A stretch of DNA of 64,000 nt from positions 32,001 to 96,000 of IMG/VR virus record IMGVR_UViG_3300046804_000544; one strand, 5' to 3'. Made by a program: the position numbers and the translations under genes. This document shows positions 10,108-22,100 of this stretch, piece by piece. Position 1 is the stretch's first letter; each line of letters starts with the position of its first letter. The notes beneath the pieces are model-generated. The model had not been told where the DNA came from and searched no databases. It saw only the letters and a list, made by a program, of their open reading frames with translations. The stretch comes from a virus.

Positions 10108-13100
10108 TTATCCAAATATTAGTGAGAATGTAGCAGCAATTTCTTCAGCTTGTGCTTGATTAATACCGCTGCTTGCACCAGCTACACTTACCCAGGTAGT
10201 TCCGTCCCAAACTTCACTAATTCCTAGTTCTGTATTGTAACGAATCATACCGGTAGCTACTACTGCTGGTCTAGAACTGCTAGGTCCACTAGGAATAACA
10301 ACACCGTTAGTTCCGGGGAATTTCCAATAACCGGTTCCAGTAGCATAAAGTTCAGTAACGCTACCACTTACACTATTAGTTATCGTATTATTAATAAATC
10401 TAAAGTTATCAACAACTACTGCACCTGTTCCGTTTGGATTCAGTGTTAAATCTGCATTTGTAGCAGTAGTACTAATAGTATTATTGTCAATTCTAATGTC
10501 ATCAACTTGCAGTGCGTTTACATTAAAAGATGTACTAGTTAATGTAGCAGCAGGATAATTGTTAGTTACAAATCTAATAGTGTTATCGTTTGTACCTGGT
10601 GTTGCTTCTGGTGTAATATAAGTTTTACGATCAACGCTGACAACACCACCTAACTGTATCCAATAGCTACCGTTGTATCCTTCATATACACTGGCTGTAG
10701 TATTGTATCGAATCATACCTGCTGACGGTGTAGCAGGACGTTGTGCATCTGTACCAGCTGGTAATACTACACTTTGGTCAGTGTTAAATCTAACAACACC
10801 TGTGCCGGTTGGTGTTAATGTAATATCTTGATTAGGTTGTGTTGAGCTGATTACGTTTTGATTGATCAACAAATCTTCAACTAAAATACCACCAGTGCCG
10901 TTTGCTCGCAATTCTAAGTTGGCATTTGAAACCGTTGTGGTAATATAATTGTCATTGATTTCTAAGCTGTCTAAGAAAATTCTACCAGCATATAGATCTC
11001 TCCATGCTAGACTAGAACTACCTAAGTCATATGTATAGGCACTAGCAGGTAGTATATTACTCTGTACCTGTGCTGCAAAATTAACAGTGTCGACCGTTTG
11101 ATCACCAATTGTAATATTGCCGCCTAAGATAAAGTTACCTGTAACAGTTAAGTTGCCTGTAATGTCTGTATCTTTTAATAATTGGATCTTACCTAGTCCG
11201 TTAGGTGTTATTTGTATATCAGTATTTGTTGCGTTGCTAATAATACTGTTTGTTTTAAAACTTAATTGATCAATGACTACGCTGCCGGTGCCGTTACTAC
11301 GTAATTCTAAATTACTATTAGATACAGTGGTACGAACATAGTTGTCATTGACTTCAATGTTATCTGTTAAGAATTGTCCTGCATAGACATTACGCCAGTA
11401 ACTGGTGCTTGAACCAATATCAAAATTGTTATTAAGGTTAGGTATCAAACTGCCGTTTATACTGGCATTGATATTTAAAGTGCTGTTTAATACTACAGGG
11501 CCGTTGAATGTTGTTGTTCCACTTACTGATAAGTTACCAGTAATTGCTGTATTTTTTAGTAGCTGGATAGTGCCAGTACCGTTAGGATTAATCTGTATAT
11601 CAGTGTTGGTAGTGTTGCTGCTAATTAAATTAGATTTAAAACTTAATTGATCAACAGTTACAGATCCAGTTCCATTAGCACGTAGATCTAAATTAGCGTT
11701 TGAAACAGTTGATGTAATGTAATTGTCATTTAGCTCTAAACTGTCTAAAACAATTCTACCTATGTACAAATTATTCCACGCTAAACTAGCACTGCCTAAA
11801 TTGTAAGCATAACTAGTAGCAGGCAATACGTTGCTGACAATTGGGGCTACAAAATTAACAGTATCTGTGGTTTGATCACCAAAAGTTAAATTACCAGCAA
11901 TAACCATATTACCAGTGACATTTAAGTTACCGGTTACTACTGTATCTTTTAATAATTGTACTTTTCCAGTTCCGTTAGGATTGATTTGTATATCGGTATT
12001 TGTTGCATTACTGATAATTGTATTAGATTTAAAATTCAATTGGTCAACAACTACTGATCCTGTTCCATTTGATCTTAGTTCTAAATTACTATTTGATACG
12101 GTAGTGCGAATATAGTTGTCATTGATTTCAATGTTGTCAGTTAGATACTGTCCAGCATAAATGTTACGCCAATAGTTGGTACTTGAACCAATGTCGTAAC
12201 TATTATTATAAAAAGGTATTAAACTACTATTAATGCCGGCGTTAAACACTGGCGTATTATTAAATGTAAAGTTGCCGCCAACAGTTACATTACCTGACAC
12301 ATCTAAATTGCCAGTAACTACAGTGTCTTTTAACAGTTGAATTTTTCCAGTACCGTTAGGGTTAATCTGTATATCGGTATTGGTAGTATTTGAAGTTATT
12401 GTATTGGACTTGAAATTCAACTGATCAACTACAACTGAACCTGTGCCATTTGAACGTAACTCTAAATTAGCATTAGATACTGTAGTGCGAATATAGTTGT
12501 CATTAATTTCCATTGAATCAAGTAGTACTTGACCTGCATAGATATTGCGCCAGTAATTAGTGCTTGACCCTAGATCGTAGCTGTTATTATAGAACGGAAC
12601 AATGTTGCTGTTAATTGTACTGACAAATGCAGCAATATTATTGAAACTAAAATTGCCGCCAACAGTCATGTTACCACTGATATCTAAATTACCAGTGACC
12701 GCAGTATCTTTTAGTAGCTGTACTTTGCCTGTTCCATTAGGATTAATCTGTATATCAGTGTTGGTGGTATTGCTAATAATTGAGTTTGATTTAAAATTCA
12801 ACTGATCGACAACCACTGATCCTGTACCATTTGATCTTAGTTCTAGGCTAGCATTTGAAACTGTAGTACGGATATAGTTGTCATTAATTTCCATTGTGTC
12901 AGTTAAAAACTGACCTGCATACACATTACGCCAATAACTGGTACTAGAACCTAAATCATAACTGTTATTAAATGTTGGAAGAAAGTTACCAGTAACAGTA
13001 GAATTTAATGTGGTTATGCCTGCAACTGTAGTATTACCATTAACTGTAACATTGCCAGTAACGTCTAAATTACCTGTAACTACAGTATCTTTTAGTAACT

Positions 13101-16100
13101 GTATTTTACCTGTGCCGTTAGGATTAATCTGTATATCAGTATTGGTAGTATTGCTAGTTACGCTGTTATTTTTAAAATTAAGTTGATCAACTACAACAGA
13201 CCCTGTTCCACTGGCACGTAGTTCTAAATTTGAATTTGATACTGTGGTACGAATATAGTTGTCATTAATTTCAATATTGTCTGTTAAGAACTGTCCAGCG
13301 TAGACGTTACGCCAGTAGTTGGCAGTTGATCCTAAATCATTGCTGTTGTTATTAGTAGGTACTACGTTGCCGGTAATAGTAGAATTTAATGTAGTAACAC
13401 CGTTGACTGTTAAGTTGCTAGACAGCGTAGTATTTCCTGTAACAGCTAGTGTTCCAGAGACGTTAGTATTGGCATTTAAGTTTAAGTTAGTGCTAGCAGG
13501 TGTTATGTTAATGTCACCTGACAGGCTAATTATGTCATTGCCGCTAATTCTAATCTTACCAGTTTCTACTCTAGTAGCATCAATAATTGTAGTATTGGTG
13601 CCGTCTGTAAAAGTAATGCCTGTTAAGCTGGTAATGTTAAATGATTGAGCACTAAATTCAATTGCACCAGTTTTTTGACTTACATAAAAAAGTTCACCAA
13701 CTCTAAAATCACCTTGGTGGTCGACGCTGGTGTAATAAATTTTAGCACCGCTAGTGGCGTCAATTTCGTTGGCCTGAATAACTGCGGTAGGGTCATTGTT
13801 AGATTCTTTACCTGAACCAATATAGCCAAAGTTTTGACTGATTAGATATAGTGTATTACCGACACCTGTAGCTACTGCACCATAGTTACCGTAAACGCAA
13901 GCAGAAGCAATTGAACGCATTTCTGCGCCAAAGTCTGAATAGTCTGCAAAGTTAATAACTGATGCTGTGCCGCCTGCACTGGTTCTAATGTCTTGGAATG
14001 TTAATCCGTTGTCGGTGAATATTGTAGAACCGTTGGTGCCGTTAAAGTTTAATAATAGAACGGTGTCAACATCGCCTTTTAATTGTGCAGCTGGCGCTGT
14101 AAATGATGCAGTATATTTTGCAACACCTTTGCTAATTCTTAAATCATCGATGTAACCATTGAAGCCGTTTGTTCCGGTCGATGTTGCACCGATATAAACT
14201 CCAGCTTGTCCATAATTATTAGTGTCAGCGTAAGTAGTTGCGGTTACTGTGCCGTTTACAAACAATCTAGTAGTACCACTGGCTCTAGTTAATGCAATAT
14301 GTGTCCAGGTTGTAGCTGCTAATGTAGCACCTGTGATTTGTGTAACACCAGATACACTAAATCGAATTGGGTTCGTTGTTCCTAATGTGAGTTGAAAATA
14401 AGCACCTGATGAAGGTCTAATATCTATAAGAGTTTGAATAACCCCTGTGCCAACTCTGTATGCCCAAAATTCAATTGTAAAATCACCGGTACCAAAATTA
14501 AAATCAGGTTGGCTATCTACTCTAGCATAGTCGCCTGTTCCGTCTAACGCTAAACTAGCAGTACCGTATTTAAAAACAGATGTTGATAATTTTGCATCAC
14601 CGAGCGCATAAACAGTTTTGCCTGCACGATCTGTTAGGCTTTCAAAGCCTAAAACTTTTCCGTTGATATTGTAAAAACTGCCGTCAATGCTGGCAATAAC
14701 TCCAGATGCTAGAACTGTAACACCATCTGTGTCATAATACGTAAGTGTATTGCCTACATTAAATGTACCAGTAACACTACTAATTTTTAATCTAGTTTGG
14801 CCTGCGCCTGCAAATCCTGTGGTACCCTGGTAAGCATAGATACCCCTGTTGGCAAAATAAGTAAATGAGTTTAGCCACTCACAACGAACGCCGTTGGTTA
14901 GTGTAATAGCATCTACACCCGGTGTAATAAATGTTACACTGTGGAAAAGAATAGTAGCTTCTTTACTGGCAGCGTTGACTACGCTACCGTCTAGTAGCGC
15001 ACCTTTACCTGCATTACCTGCGGCAAAACCTCTTGGGTCTGTGCCGCTAGTTGGTGTACCTGTTGTGATAACAGAAACGTTTCTAACATAAGGACTGCGT
15101 GTAGTAACTGTAAAGTTGTTGGCAAAACGGAATGCGTAACCTCTGTTGTTTACTGAATCAAAACTGTGTCCGCTAACAGTAAGGTCTTCAACTGTAGTTT
15201 CGCCGTTGAGTAAAAATACGTCATAGCCTGTAGCACTGTCTGGTCTAATAGTAACCGAACGAATGCCTGCTCCACGAACAGTAACACCTGTTGGCACTGT
15301 TAGTGGAATTGTTTCGCTGTATGTACCTGGATAGATATAAATCATATCTCCAGATGTAGCACGTATCAGTGCTTGACCTAAGCTAGACAGCGGATCGTTT
15401 TGATGTGTACCGCTGGCTCCGTCATTACCATTTGTGGCTACATAATAAATTTTACCTTGACGTTTAGTAAGATCAATACCATTAATAATGGCACTGCCTG
15501 TACTGACCGTGCCAGCAGTTACAGTATTAGCCCATAAGTTTGACCAACGCTGACTAGCAGTACCTATATTGTAAACTTGATCTAAGTCTGGAGTAATATT
15601 ACTGTTGATATCAGCAGCAAAAACAATATTATCGGTATTAGCATCGCCTAGTTGTAAGTTTCCATCTGCGGTAATCGTACCAGTTGCATGTAAATTACCC
15701 GTTACTCTAGTATTGCCGTTAAGATTAATTACGCCAGTTCCGTTAGGAGTAAAGTTAATATCTGTGTTTGCAGATATTGTTCTAATAACATTGCCTTCTA
15801 ATTCTAAACTAGTACCAATGTCAACACGAGCATTATAAACTGTAGCATTTATTCCGCTAGGCAGTAAATTAATTGTAGAGCTGCTAGAACTAATTGTATT
15901 ACCGTTAATGGTAAAATTACCAATGTTAGCAGTAGTTGGTACTTCTAAATTAGTCGATCGTGTAGTTCCATTAACATCTAATGTATATGCAGGGGTGTTG
16001 GTATTAATACCAACCCTAGTATTTGTAACGTCTAAATAGACTAAGTTTGTTTCAAAAGCTAGATCTACACCTGATCTTGTCAGGTTGTTTTCCAGCATTT

Positions 16101-16125
16101 GTCCAGATATTTTTCCTACAGGCAT
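10108..16125 (-). CDS. Giant fibre-like virion protein (2005 aa) with a beta-helix module, a LamG/ConA-like lectin domain and 7 tandem ~127-131-aa repeats
   Basis: IYYVATNGND...GIRSVTIRP module; LamG-type FGTGDFTIEFW...WTHIALTR...LFVNG...FNGYIDDLRISKG; seven NDNY(I/V)..T.SN..L.LR.NG repeats; GMIRYNT motifs near the C-terminus. Confidence 0.8.
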   Translation of the reverse strand: MPVGKISGQMLENNLTRSGVDLAFETNLVYLDVTNTRVGINTNTPAYTLDVNGTTRSTNLEVPTTANIGNFTINGNTISSSSSTINLLPSGINATVYNARVDIGTSLELEGNVIRTISANTDINFTPNGTGVINLNGNTRVTGNLHATGTITADGNLQLGDANTDNIVFAADINSNITPDLDQVYNIGTASQRWSNLWANTVTAGTVSTGSAIINGIDLTKRQGKIYYVATNGNDGASGTHQNDPLSSLGQALIRATSGDMIYIYPGTYSETIPLTVPTGVTVRGAGIRSVTIRPDSATGYDVFLLNGETTVEDLTVSGHSFDSVNNRGYAFRFANNFTVTTRSPYVRNVSVITTGTPTSGTDPRGFAAGNAGKGALLDGSVVNAASKEATILFHSVTFITPGVDAITLTNGVRCEWLNSFTYFANRGIYAYQGTTGFAGAGQTRLKISSVTGTFNVGNTLTYYDTDGVTVLASGVIASIDGSFYNINGKVLGFESLTDRAGKTVYALGDAKLSTSVFKYGTASLALDGTGDYARVDSQPDFNFGTGDFTIEFWAYRVGTGVIQTLIDIRPSSGAYFQLTLGTTNPIRFSVSGVTQITGATLAATTWTHIALTRASGTTRLFVNGTVTATTYADTNNYGQAGVYIGATSTGTNGFNGYIDDLRISKGVAKYTASFTAPAAQLKGDVDTVLLLNFNGTNGSTIFTDNGLTFQDIRTSAGGTASVINFADYSDFGAEMRSIASACVYGNYGAVATGVGNTLYLISQNFGYIGSGKESNNDPTAVIQANEIDATSGAKIYYTSVDHQGDFRVGELFYVSQKTGAIEFSAQSFNITSLTGITFTDGTNTTIIDATRVETGKIRISGNDIISLSGDINITPASTNLNLNANTNVSGTLAVTGNTTLSSNLTVNGVTTLNSTITGNVVPTNNNSNDLGSTANYWRNVYAGQFLTDNIEINDNYIRTTVSNSNLELRASGTGSVVVDQLNFKNNSVTSNTTNTDIQINPNGTGKIQLLKDTVVTGNLDVTGNVTVNGNTTVAGITTLNSTVTGNFLPTFNNSYDLGSSTSYWRNVYAGQFLTDTMEINDNYIRTTVSNASLELRSNGTGSVVVDQLNFKSNSIISNTTNTDIQINPNGTGKVQLLKDTAVTGNLDISGNMTVGGNFSFNNIAAFVSTINSNIVPFYNNSYDLGSSTNYWRNIYAGQVLLDSMEINDNYIRTTVSNANLELRSNGTGSVVVDQLNFKSNTITSNTTNTDIQINPNGTGKIQLLKDTVVTGNLDVSGNVTVGGNFTFNNTPVFNAGINSSLIPFYNNSYDIGSSTNYWRNIYAGQYLTDNIEINDNYIRTTVSNSNLELRSNGTGSVVVDQLNFKSNTIISNATNTDIQINPNGTGKVQLLKDTVVTGNLNVTGNMVIAGNLTFGDQTTDTVNFVAPIVSNVLPATSYAYNLGSASLAWNNLYIGRIVLDSLELNDNYITSTVSNANLDLRANGTGSVTVDQLSFKSNLISSNTTNTDIQINPNGTGTIQLLKNTAITGNLSVSGTTTFNGPVVLNSTLNINASINGSLIPNLNNNFDIGSSTSYWRNVYAGQFLTDNIEVNDNYVRTTVSNSNLELRSNGTGSVVIDQLSFKTNSIISNATNTDIQITPNGLGKIQLLKDTDITGNLTVTGNFILGGNITIGDQTVDTVNFAAQVQSNILPASAYTYDLGSSSLAWRDLYAGRIFLDSLEINDNYITTTVSNANLELRANGTGGILVEDLLINQNVISSTQPNQDITLTPTGTGVVRFNTDQSVVLPAGTDAQRPATPSAGMIRYNTTASVYEGYNGSYWIQLGGVVSVDRKTYITPEATPGTNDNTIRFVTNNYPAATLTSTSFNVNALQVDDIRIDNNTISTTATNADLTLNPNGTGAVVVDNFRFINNTITNSVSGSVTELYATGTGYWKFPGTNGVVIPSGPSSSRPAVVATGMIRYNTELGISEVWDGTTWVSVAGASSGINQAQAEEIAATFSLIFG
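10900..13350 (-). repeat. Intragenic tandem repeat, 7 units with 381/393-nt period
   Basis: The NDNY-coding core recurs on the + strand at about 10951, 11344, 11725, 12118, 12499, 12880 and 13261. Confidence 0.9.
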
Positions 16126-16144
16126 AGTTTTCGCTCGGTTTTAA

Positions 16145-16151
16145 TATTTAT
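16145..16151 (-). promoter_or_regulatory. T4-type late promoter (ATAAATA) for the 16125 gene
   Basis: ATAAATA 19 nt upstream of the ATG. Confidence 0.6.
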
Positions 16152-16153
16152 CG

Positions 16154-19100
16154 TTAGCCAAATATCAGAGCAAACACGTCAGTAATATCTCCCATTAGAT
16201 CAGCACTAACACCACTAGCGGTTCCAATCGCACTAACCCAGTTAGTGCCGTCGTATACTTCCAATCTTGCTAGGTCTGTGTTCCAACGATGCATGCCTAA
16301 TTCTGCCGCGGCTCCTGTAGGCTGTTGTGCCGTTGTACCCGAAGGAATAGCAACTGCTCCTTGACCCATAAAGCGTACATAACCAGTGCCTGTACTGGTA
16401 ATAGTTCTTGCACCAGAGCTATTTGTATCGGTCATTCTGTTTGATCTAACTGCTAGATCTTTTAAATTAACACTACCTGTTCCATTTGGATCAAACGTTA
16501 GATCGGCATTAGAATTAACTGTTGCTATTTCTCTTAAACTTAATCGAATATCGTCTACAACTACAGGGCTTGTAGTTACTTGGCTGCTGTTAATAGTAAC
16601 TTTTTGTGTACCATTAATGTACATTCTAATAGTACCATCACTTGCTCCTATGGTGTTTTCTGGAGTAATTGTAGTATTTTGATCAATGTCACTTAGGCCG
16701 TAAAGATTGCGTAAATTTGTACCATTAGTTACGTTTACAGGCTGACCAATACCAAAATACGCAACACTTACTATGTCGTTGGTTAATGCCCAAGTATTGC
16801 TAGGTATTCCCACTTTACTGTTATATGTAACAGTATAAATGTAGCCAGTTCCAACATTAAATGCGCCTGTAACATCGTACACAGCATAATCAGTTAAATT
16901 GCTATACTGTCCTTTAAATAACACAATCTTAAAACCTGTTGTAATAAGAGAAAGGAAAGACGATGAGTTTTGACCAGAATATGTAATGTTATGAAATTCT
17001 AACTGTGACACACTAGATACTGTAGATGTATCTGGAGACCATGTGCCAGTTGGATTAGGAGAAGCAGCACTTGACCAGTAGCCTATTGTTGCTGCGTTTC
17101 CTCCAGGTAACAGTCCTTCAAACTGATTCGTGCTGTTATTGAATCGAACTTCACCTGTATTCAATAAACGTGTGGCATTAGATCCCAAAGGAAGAACCGC
17201 AGCATTAGTACCTGTTATTCTAGTTTGATTATTAAACTGTATATCTGTATTTGTAGTTTTTGGGGTTACAGTAGCGGAATTTACTCGTAAGGTTTCTAAT
17301 TCTACTGCGCCTGTACCGTTGGCACGTAGTTCTAAGTTGGCGTTTGATATTGTAGTACGGATATAATTGTCATTAATTTCAATACCGTCAACAACCGCAC
17401 GTCCTATGTAAATGTCGTTCCATTGTAGTGTACTTGAACCTAAATCATATGTATGATTAGCGGCAGGTATTAAGTTACTGTTTACACGACCAACAAAGTT
17501 TACTGTGTCAACTACTGTGTCACCTAAAATTAAATTACTGTTAATTTGAGTATTACCTGAAACAAATAGGTTACCAGTAATAACAGTATCTTTGTTTAAT
17601 TTTACCTTGCCTGTGCCATTAGGATTAATTTGTATATCTGTATTTGTGCTGTTAGAAACAATTGTGTTAGATTTAAAATTTAATTGATCTACAACTACTG
17701 ACCCTGTTCCATTAGCACGTAATTCTAAATCGCTGTTTGAAACTGTTGTACGAACATAATTGTCGTTTATTTCTATATTGTCGGTGAGGTATTGTCCAGC
17801 ATAAATGTTGCGCCAGTAATTATACGGTGATTGTATTACAACTTCTGAATAAGTAATTGGGTCTGAAAGTATAACTGGTATGATAACATTTATAATCCAA
17901 TCATATCCAGATGCTGTAAGGGTAGCGTCAAATGTTGGAGTGGCTGCTTTTAGTATGGCTAATCCATCGTTAGCAGTAACATTTCCGTCATTATTAACAT
18001 CACCGTATCGGTAAATACTACCCGGTACTGTAGAATTTAGTAATACTTTTGTTGGAGTATCTACGGTTCCAACAGCTACCGCAAGATCAGCCTGGGCCAA
18101 TGCAGTAAAATCAATATTATATGTCACGCCAACGGGCGATCCTATATCAGCAAAATTATTTGTCGTTGGTATTAAGCTGCCGTTGACTGTTGTCAAATAC
18201 AGTCTATCACCGTTTGTATCTCCGAATGTTGTAAGACTGTTATTTGTAGTACTACCAGAGACTGAAATTCTTCCAGTGACCGCTGTATTTTTTAATAATT
18301 GTATTGTGCCTGTGCCATTAGGGTTAATCTGTAAATCAGTATTGGCAGCAATTGTTGAAATTAAATTTGATTTAAATCCTAACTGGTCAACTGAAACAAC
18401 ACCAGTACCGTTAGCACGCAAATCTAAGTTGGCATTTGATACTGTTGTTCTAATATAGTTGTCGTTAATTTCTAAACTGTCTAGTAATATTTGTCCTAAG
18501 TAAGTGTCATTCCATACTTGAGTAGTACTACCTAGATCATATGTATAACTAGCTGCCGGTGATAAATCGCTGGCAATTTTTCCAACGACATTGATACTGT
18601 CAATTATTTGATCGCCTAATTGTACGTTGCCAGTTACTAGCGTGTTCCCAGACACATCTAGATTGCCTGTAACTACAGTATCTTTTAGTAGTTGTACTTT
18701 TCCAGTTCCGTTGGGATTGATCTGTATATCAGTGTTGGTACTTGTTGAGCTAACAGTGTTAGATTTTAAACCTAATTGATCTATATTAATCAGTCCCGTA
18801 CCATTAGCACGCAGTTCTAAATTGCTATTTGAAACAGTAGTACGAACATAGTTGTCATTGACTTCTATGTTGTCAGTTAAAAACTGCCCGGCATAAACAT
18901 TGCGCCAATAATTAGTAGTAATACCAACGTCATAACTGTTATTGTAAAGAGGTATTAAATTTGAATTAATGGCATTGTTAAAGGTAACACTGTCTGTAAT
19001 TGCATCACCAAATGTCATGGTACCAGTGACATTAAATGCACTAGAAATATCAAGGTTACCGGTAACTGCTGTATTTTTTAATAATTGAACTTTACCTGTG

Positions 19101-22100
19101 CCATTAGGATTGATCTGTATATCTGTATTTGTAGCTGTGCTGGTAATAGCGTTAGATTTAATTCCCAGTTGATCAATAGAGACTACGCCAGTACCATTAG
19201 GACGTAGTTCTAAATTAGAGTTGGATACGGTAGTTCTAACATAGTTGTCATTAAGTTCTATGTTGTCAGTTAATACTTGACCAGCGTAGATATTACGCCA
19301 ATAATTTGTACTTAATCCTAAATCATAACTGTTATTATTTGTAGGAATTAAACTGCTGTTTACAGAAAAATTAAAAGTAACACTGTCACTAAGTGCATCG
19401 CCAAATGTCACTGTTCCAATAACGGCAACAGAACCGCTAACATCTAAATTTCCTGTAACTGCTGTATTTTTTAATAATTGAACTTTACCGGTACCATTAG
19501 GATTGATTTGTAAATCAGTATTGGTAGCAGTTGTACTAATTACATTTGATTTTATTCCTAATTGATCAATAGCTACTATTCCGGTGCCATTTGGTCTTAG
19601 TTCTAAATTACTGTTAGAAGCAGTAGTTCTAATATAATTGTCATTAATTTCTAAACTGTCTAATAGTAATTGTCCGGCATAAACATTCTGCCAGTAATTT
19701 GTAGTTGAACCTATGTCGGCACTGTTGTTAAAAGTAGGAACTAGATTATTTGATAGAGTAGAATTAAAATTAACAACATCTGTTGCGTCACTACCAATTG
19801 TTATTGTTGGAGCTGTTAAATTGCCTGATGTAGATAAGTTAGTGTTTGCTACTGTATTTTTTTGTAGCTGTATTTTGCCAGTACCGTTAGGCGTAATTTG
19901 TAAGTCGCTGTTGGTTGTAATTGTGCTTATAGTATTTGACTTAATACCAATTTGATCAACATTAACTACACCAGTACCGTTGGCACGTAGTTCTAAATTA
20001 CTATTTGAAACTGTAGTTCTAATATAGTTGTCATTAATTTCAATATTGTCTAGTAAGTACTGCCCTGCGTAGATATTATTCCAGTAGTTGGTGCTCGATC
20101 CTATGTCAAATCCATTATTATTTGTAGGAACTAGGCTAGCAGATATTGTAGAATTAATAGTAAATGTATCTGTATTTTGATCACCAATTGTAACTGTACT
20201 GAAGGTTGCACTTTGAGTTACTGCTAAATCTGTTGAGTTTGCTATATTAGCATTTAGATTTAATATTCCAGATACAGGTGTAAAATTAATTGCACCGCTA
20301 ATGCTCAAGATAGATCTATCTTGAATTAAAATATTATTCTGTCTAGTAGACGCAGCATTAATAATAGTGGTATTGCTACCAGAAGTAAATTCAAACCCGG
20401 TTAATCCAGTTACATTAAAACTAGTTGGGCTAAAAGCTATTTTACCGGTATCGCCGTCGACGCTAAAAACGCTACCAACTTCAAACAGTCCCTTGTGATC
20501 TAAATTTTGATAATAAATTTTACCAGTGTTGGCCTGAATAACTTGATTGGCCTGAATGCTAGCAGTCTTATCATTATTAGTATCTTTGCCTACTCCAATG
20601 TAGGCAAAATTATGACCAATCAAATACATTAAGGTACCGGGGCCGTCGGCCCATGCACCGTAGTTTCCATAAACATTAGCCGATGCAATAGATCGAATTT
20701 CTGCACCAAAGTCACTATAGTCAACATTGACTAGATAACTGGCAGTTTGTCCTCCGGGAGCAAAATTAATACGCTGTTGATTAGCAGTTTCTACTGGAAA
20801 AGATTTTGAAGTTTCCCATCCAGTAACTTTACCTGCAATAGTAATATAAGCATAACCGCCTGAATAAGTTATGCTTTGTATTGTAGCTGTGGTATAGGTA
20901 TTGGCCTGACTGACATTTTCTACGCTGATAGTATTACCTGCTACAACGGTGTTAGCACTCATGCCGTATACTTTTAGTCTAGTCTTACCTGCGCTGGCTA
21001 GACCAGTAGTGCCGCTTTGGGCATAAAGCCCTCGGTTGGCATAATAGATAAAACTGTTGAGCCATTCTACTCTGGCTCCGTTTTTCATTATGATACAGTC
21101 AACGCCTGGGGTGATAAATGTTGCACTGTGAAATAACATTGATGCACTTGTGGTAGCTACGTTTGCTACACTGCCATCAATTAAGGCGCCACGGCCAGCG
21201 TCGCCGGTGTTAAATCCTCTAGGATCTGTACCAGACGTTACGCTACCTTGAGTTATCACTGTAACGTTTCTAATGTAAGGGCTGCGTGAAGTTGTATTAA
21301 AATTATTGGCAAAACGGAAAGCATAACCAGTATCTGCTATTGAATTGTAATAAAAATTTCTAATAGTTACATCTTCAATTGTACACTGTCCGTTAACTAA
21401 AAATACGTCTTTGTTTGTAGAACTGGTATCAGGCTGAATTATTACACTGCGCAGACTATGGCCTTTAACAGTTACTCCTGCTGGAACTGTTAACGGTAGC
21501 AGTTCTGTATATGTACCAGGATAGATAAAAACAGTGTCCCCGTTGGTTGCATTAGCTAAGGCACGTTCAATAGTGTCAAAAGGTGCATTTTGATGATTAC
21601 CAACATAGTTGTAACTACCGAGGGTAGCTACATACCAAATTTTTCCCTGTCTTTTAGTAAGATCAACTCCTCCTGCACTAAATCCAGAAGTTGAAATATC
21701 AACACCGTTTAAATTTCTTGTATAAACAGTTCCCCAACGTTTAGTATTTGATCCTAAACTGTAGGTATTATCAATGTTTGGGATTATATCACTAGAAACA
21801 TCAGCACCAAAACTTACATTGTCTGTATCAGCGTTACCAAAAGTTATGCTGCCGTCAAAGGTTACATTGCCAGTAACACGTAAATCACCGTATAGCTCAG
21901 TGTTGGCGTTGAGTTTAATTAATCCAGTGCCCGTAGCATTGATATCAATGTTTTCATTTGACCTTGTGGTAGTGATATAATTGCTGTATAATTTAAGGCC
22001 GTCAGTAGTCAACTGTGGCATTGTTACTGTAGCAGTTGGACCGGTTGGTGTGAATACAATACTACCGTTAGTGTTTTGAATTTGAGTGCCAGTAATGTCT

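Noticed and set aside
10900-20150. Fibre repeats as a CRISPR array or as DGR template/variable repeats
   Set aside because: The repeats are in-frame coding units of ~390 nt with mostly synonymous divergence. There are no unique spacers, no adenine-specific mismatch pattern was seen, and no cas or reverse transcriptase gene is in the window.
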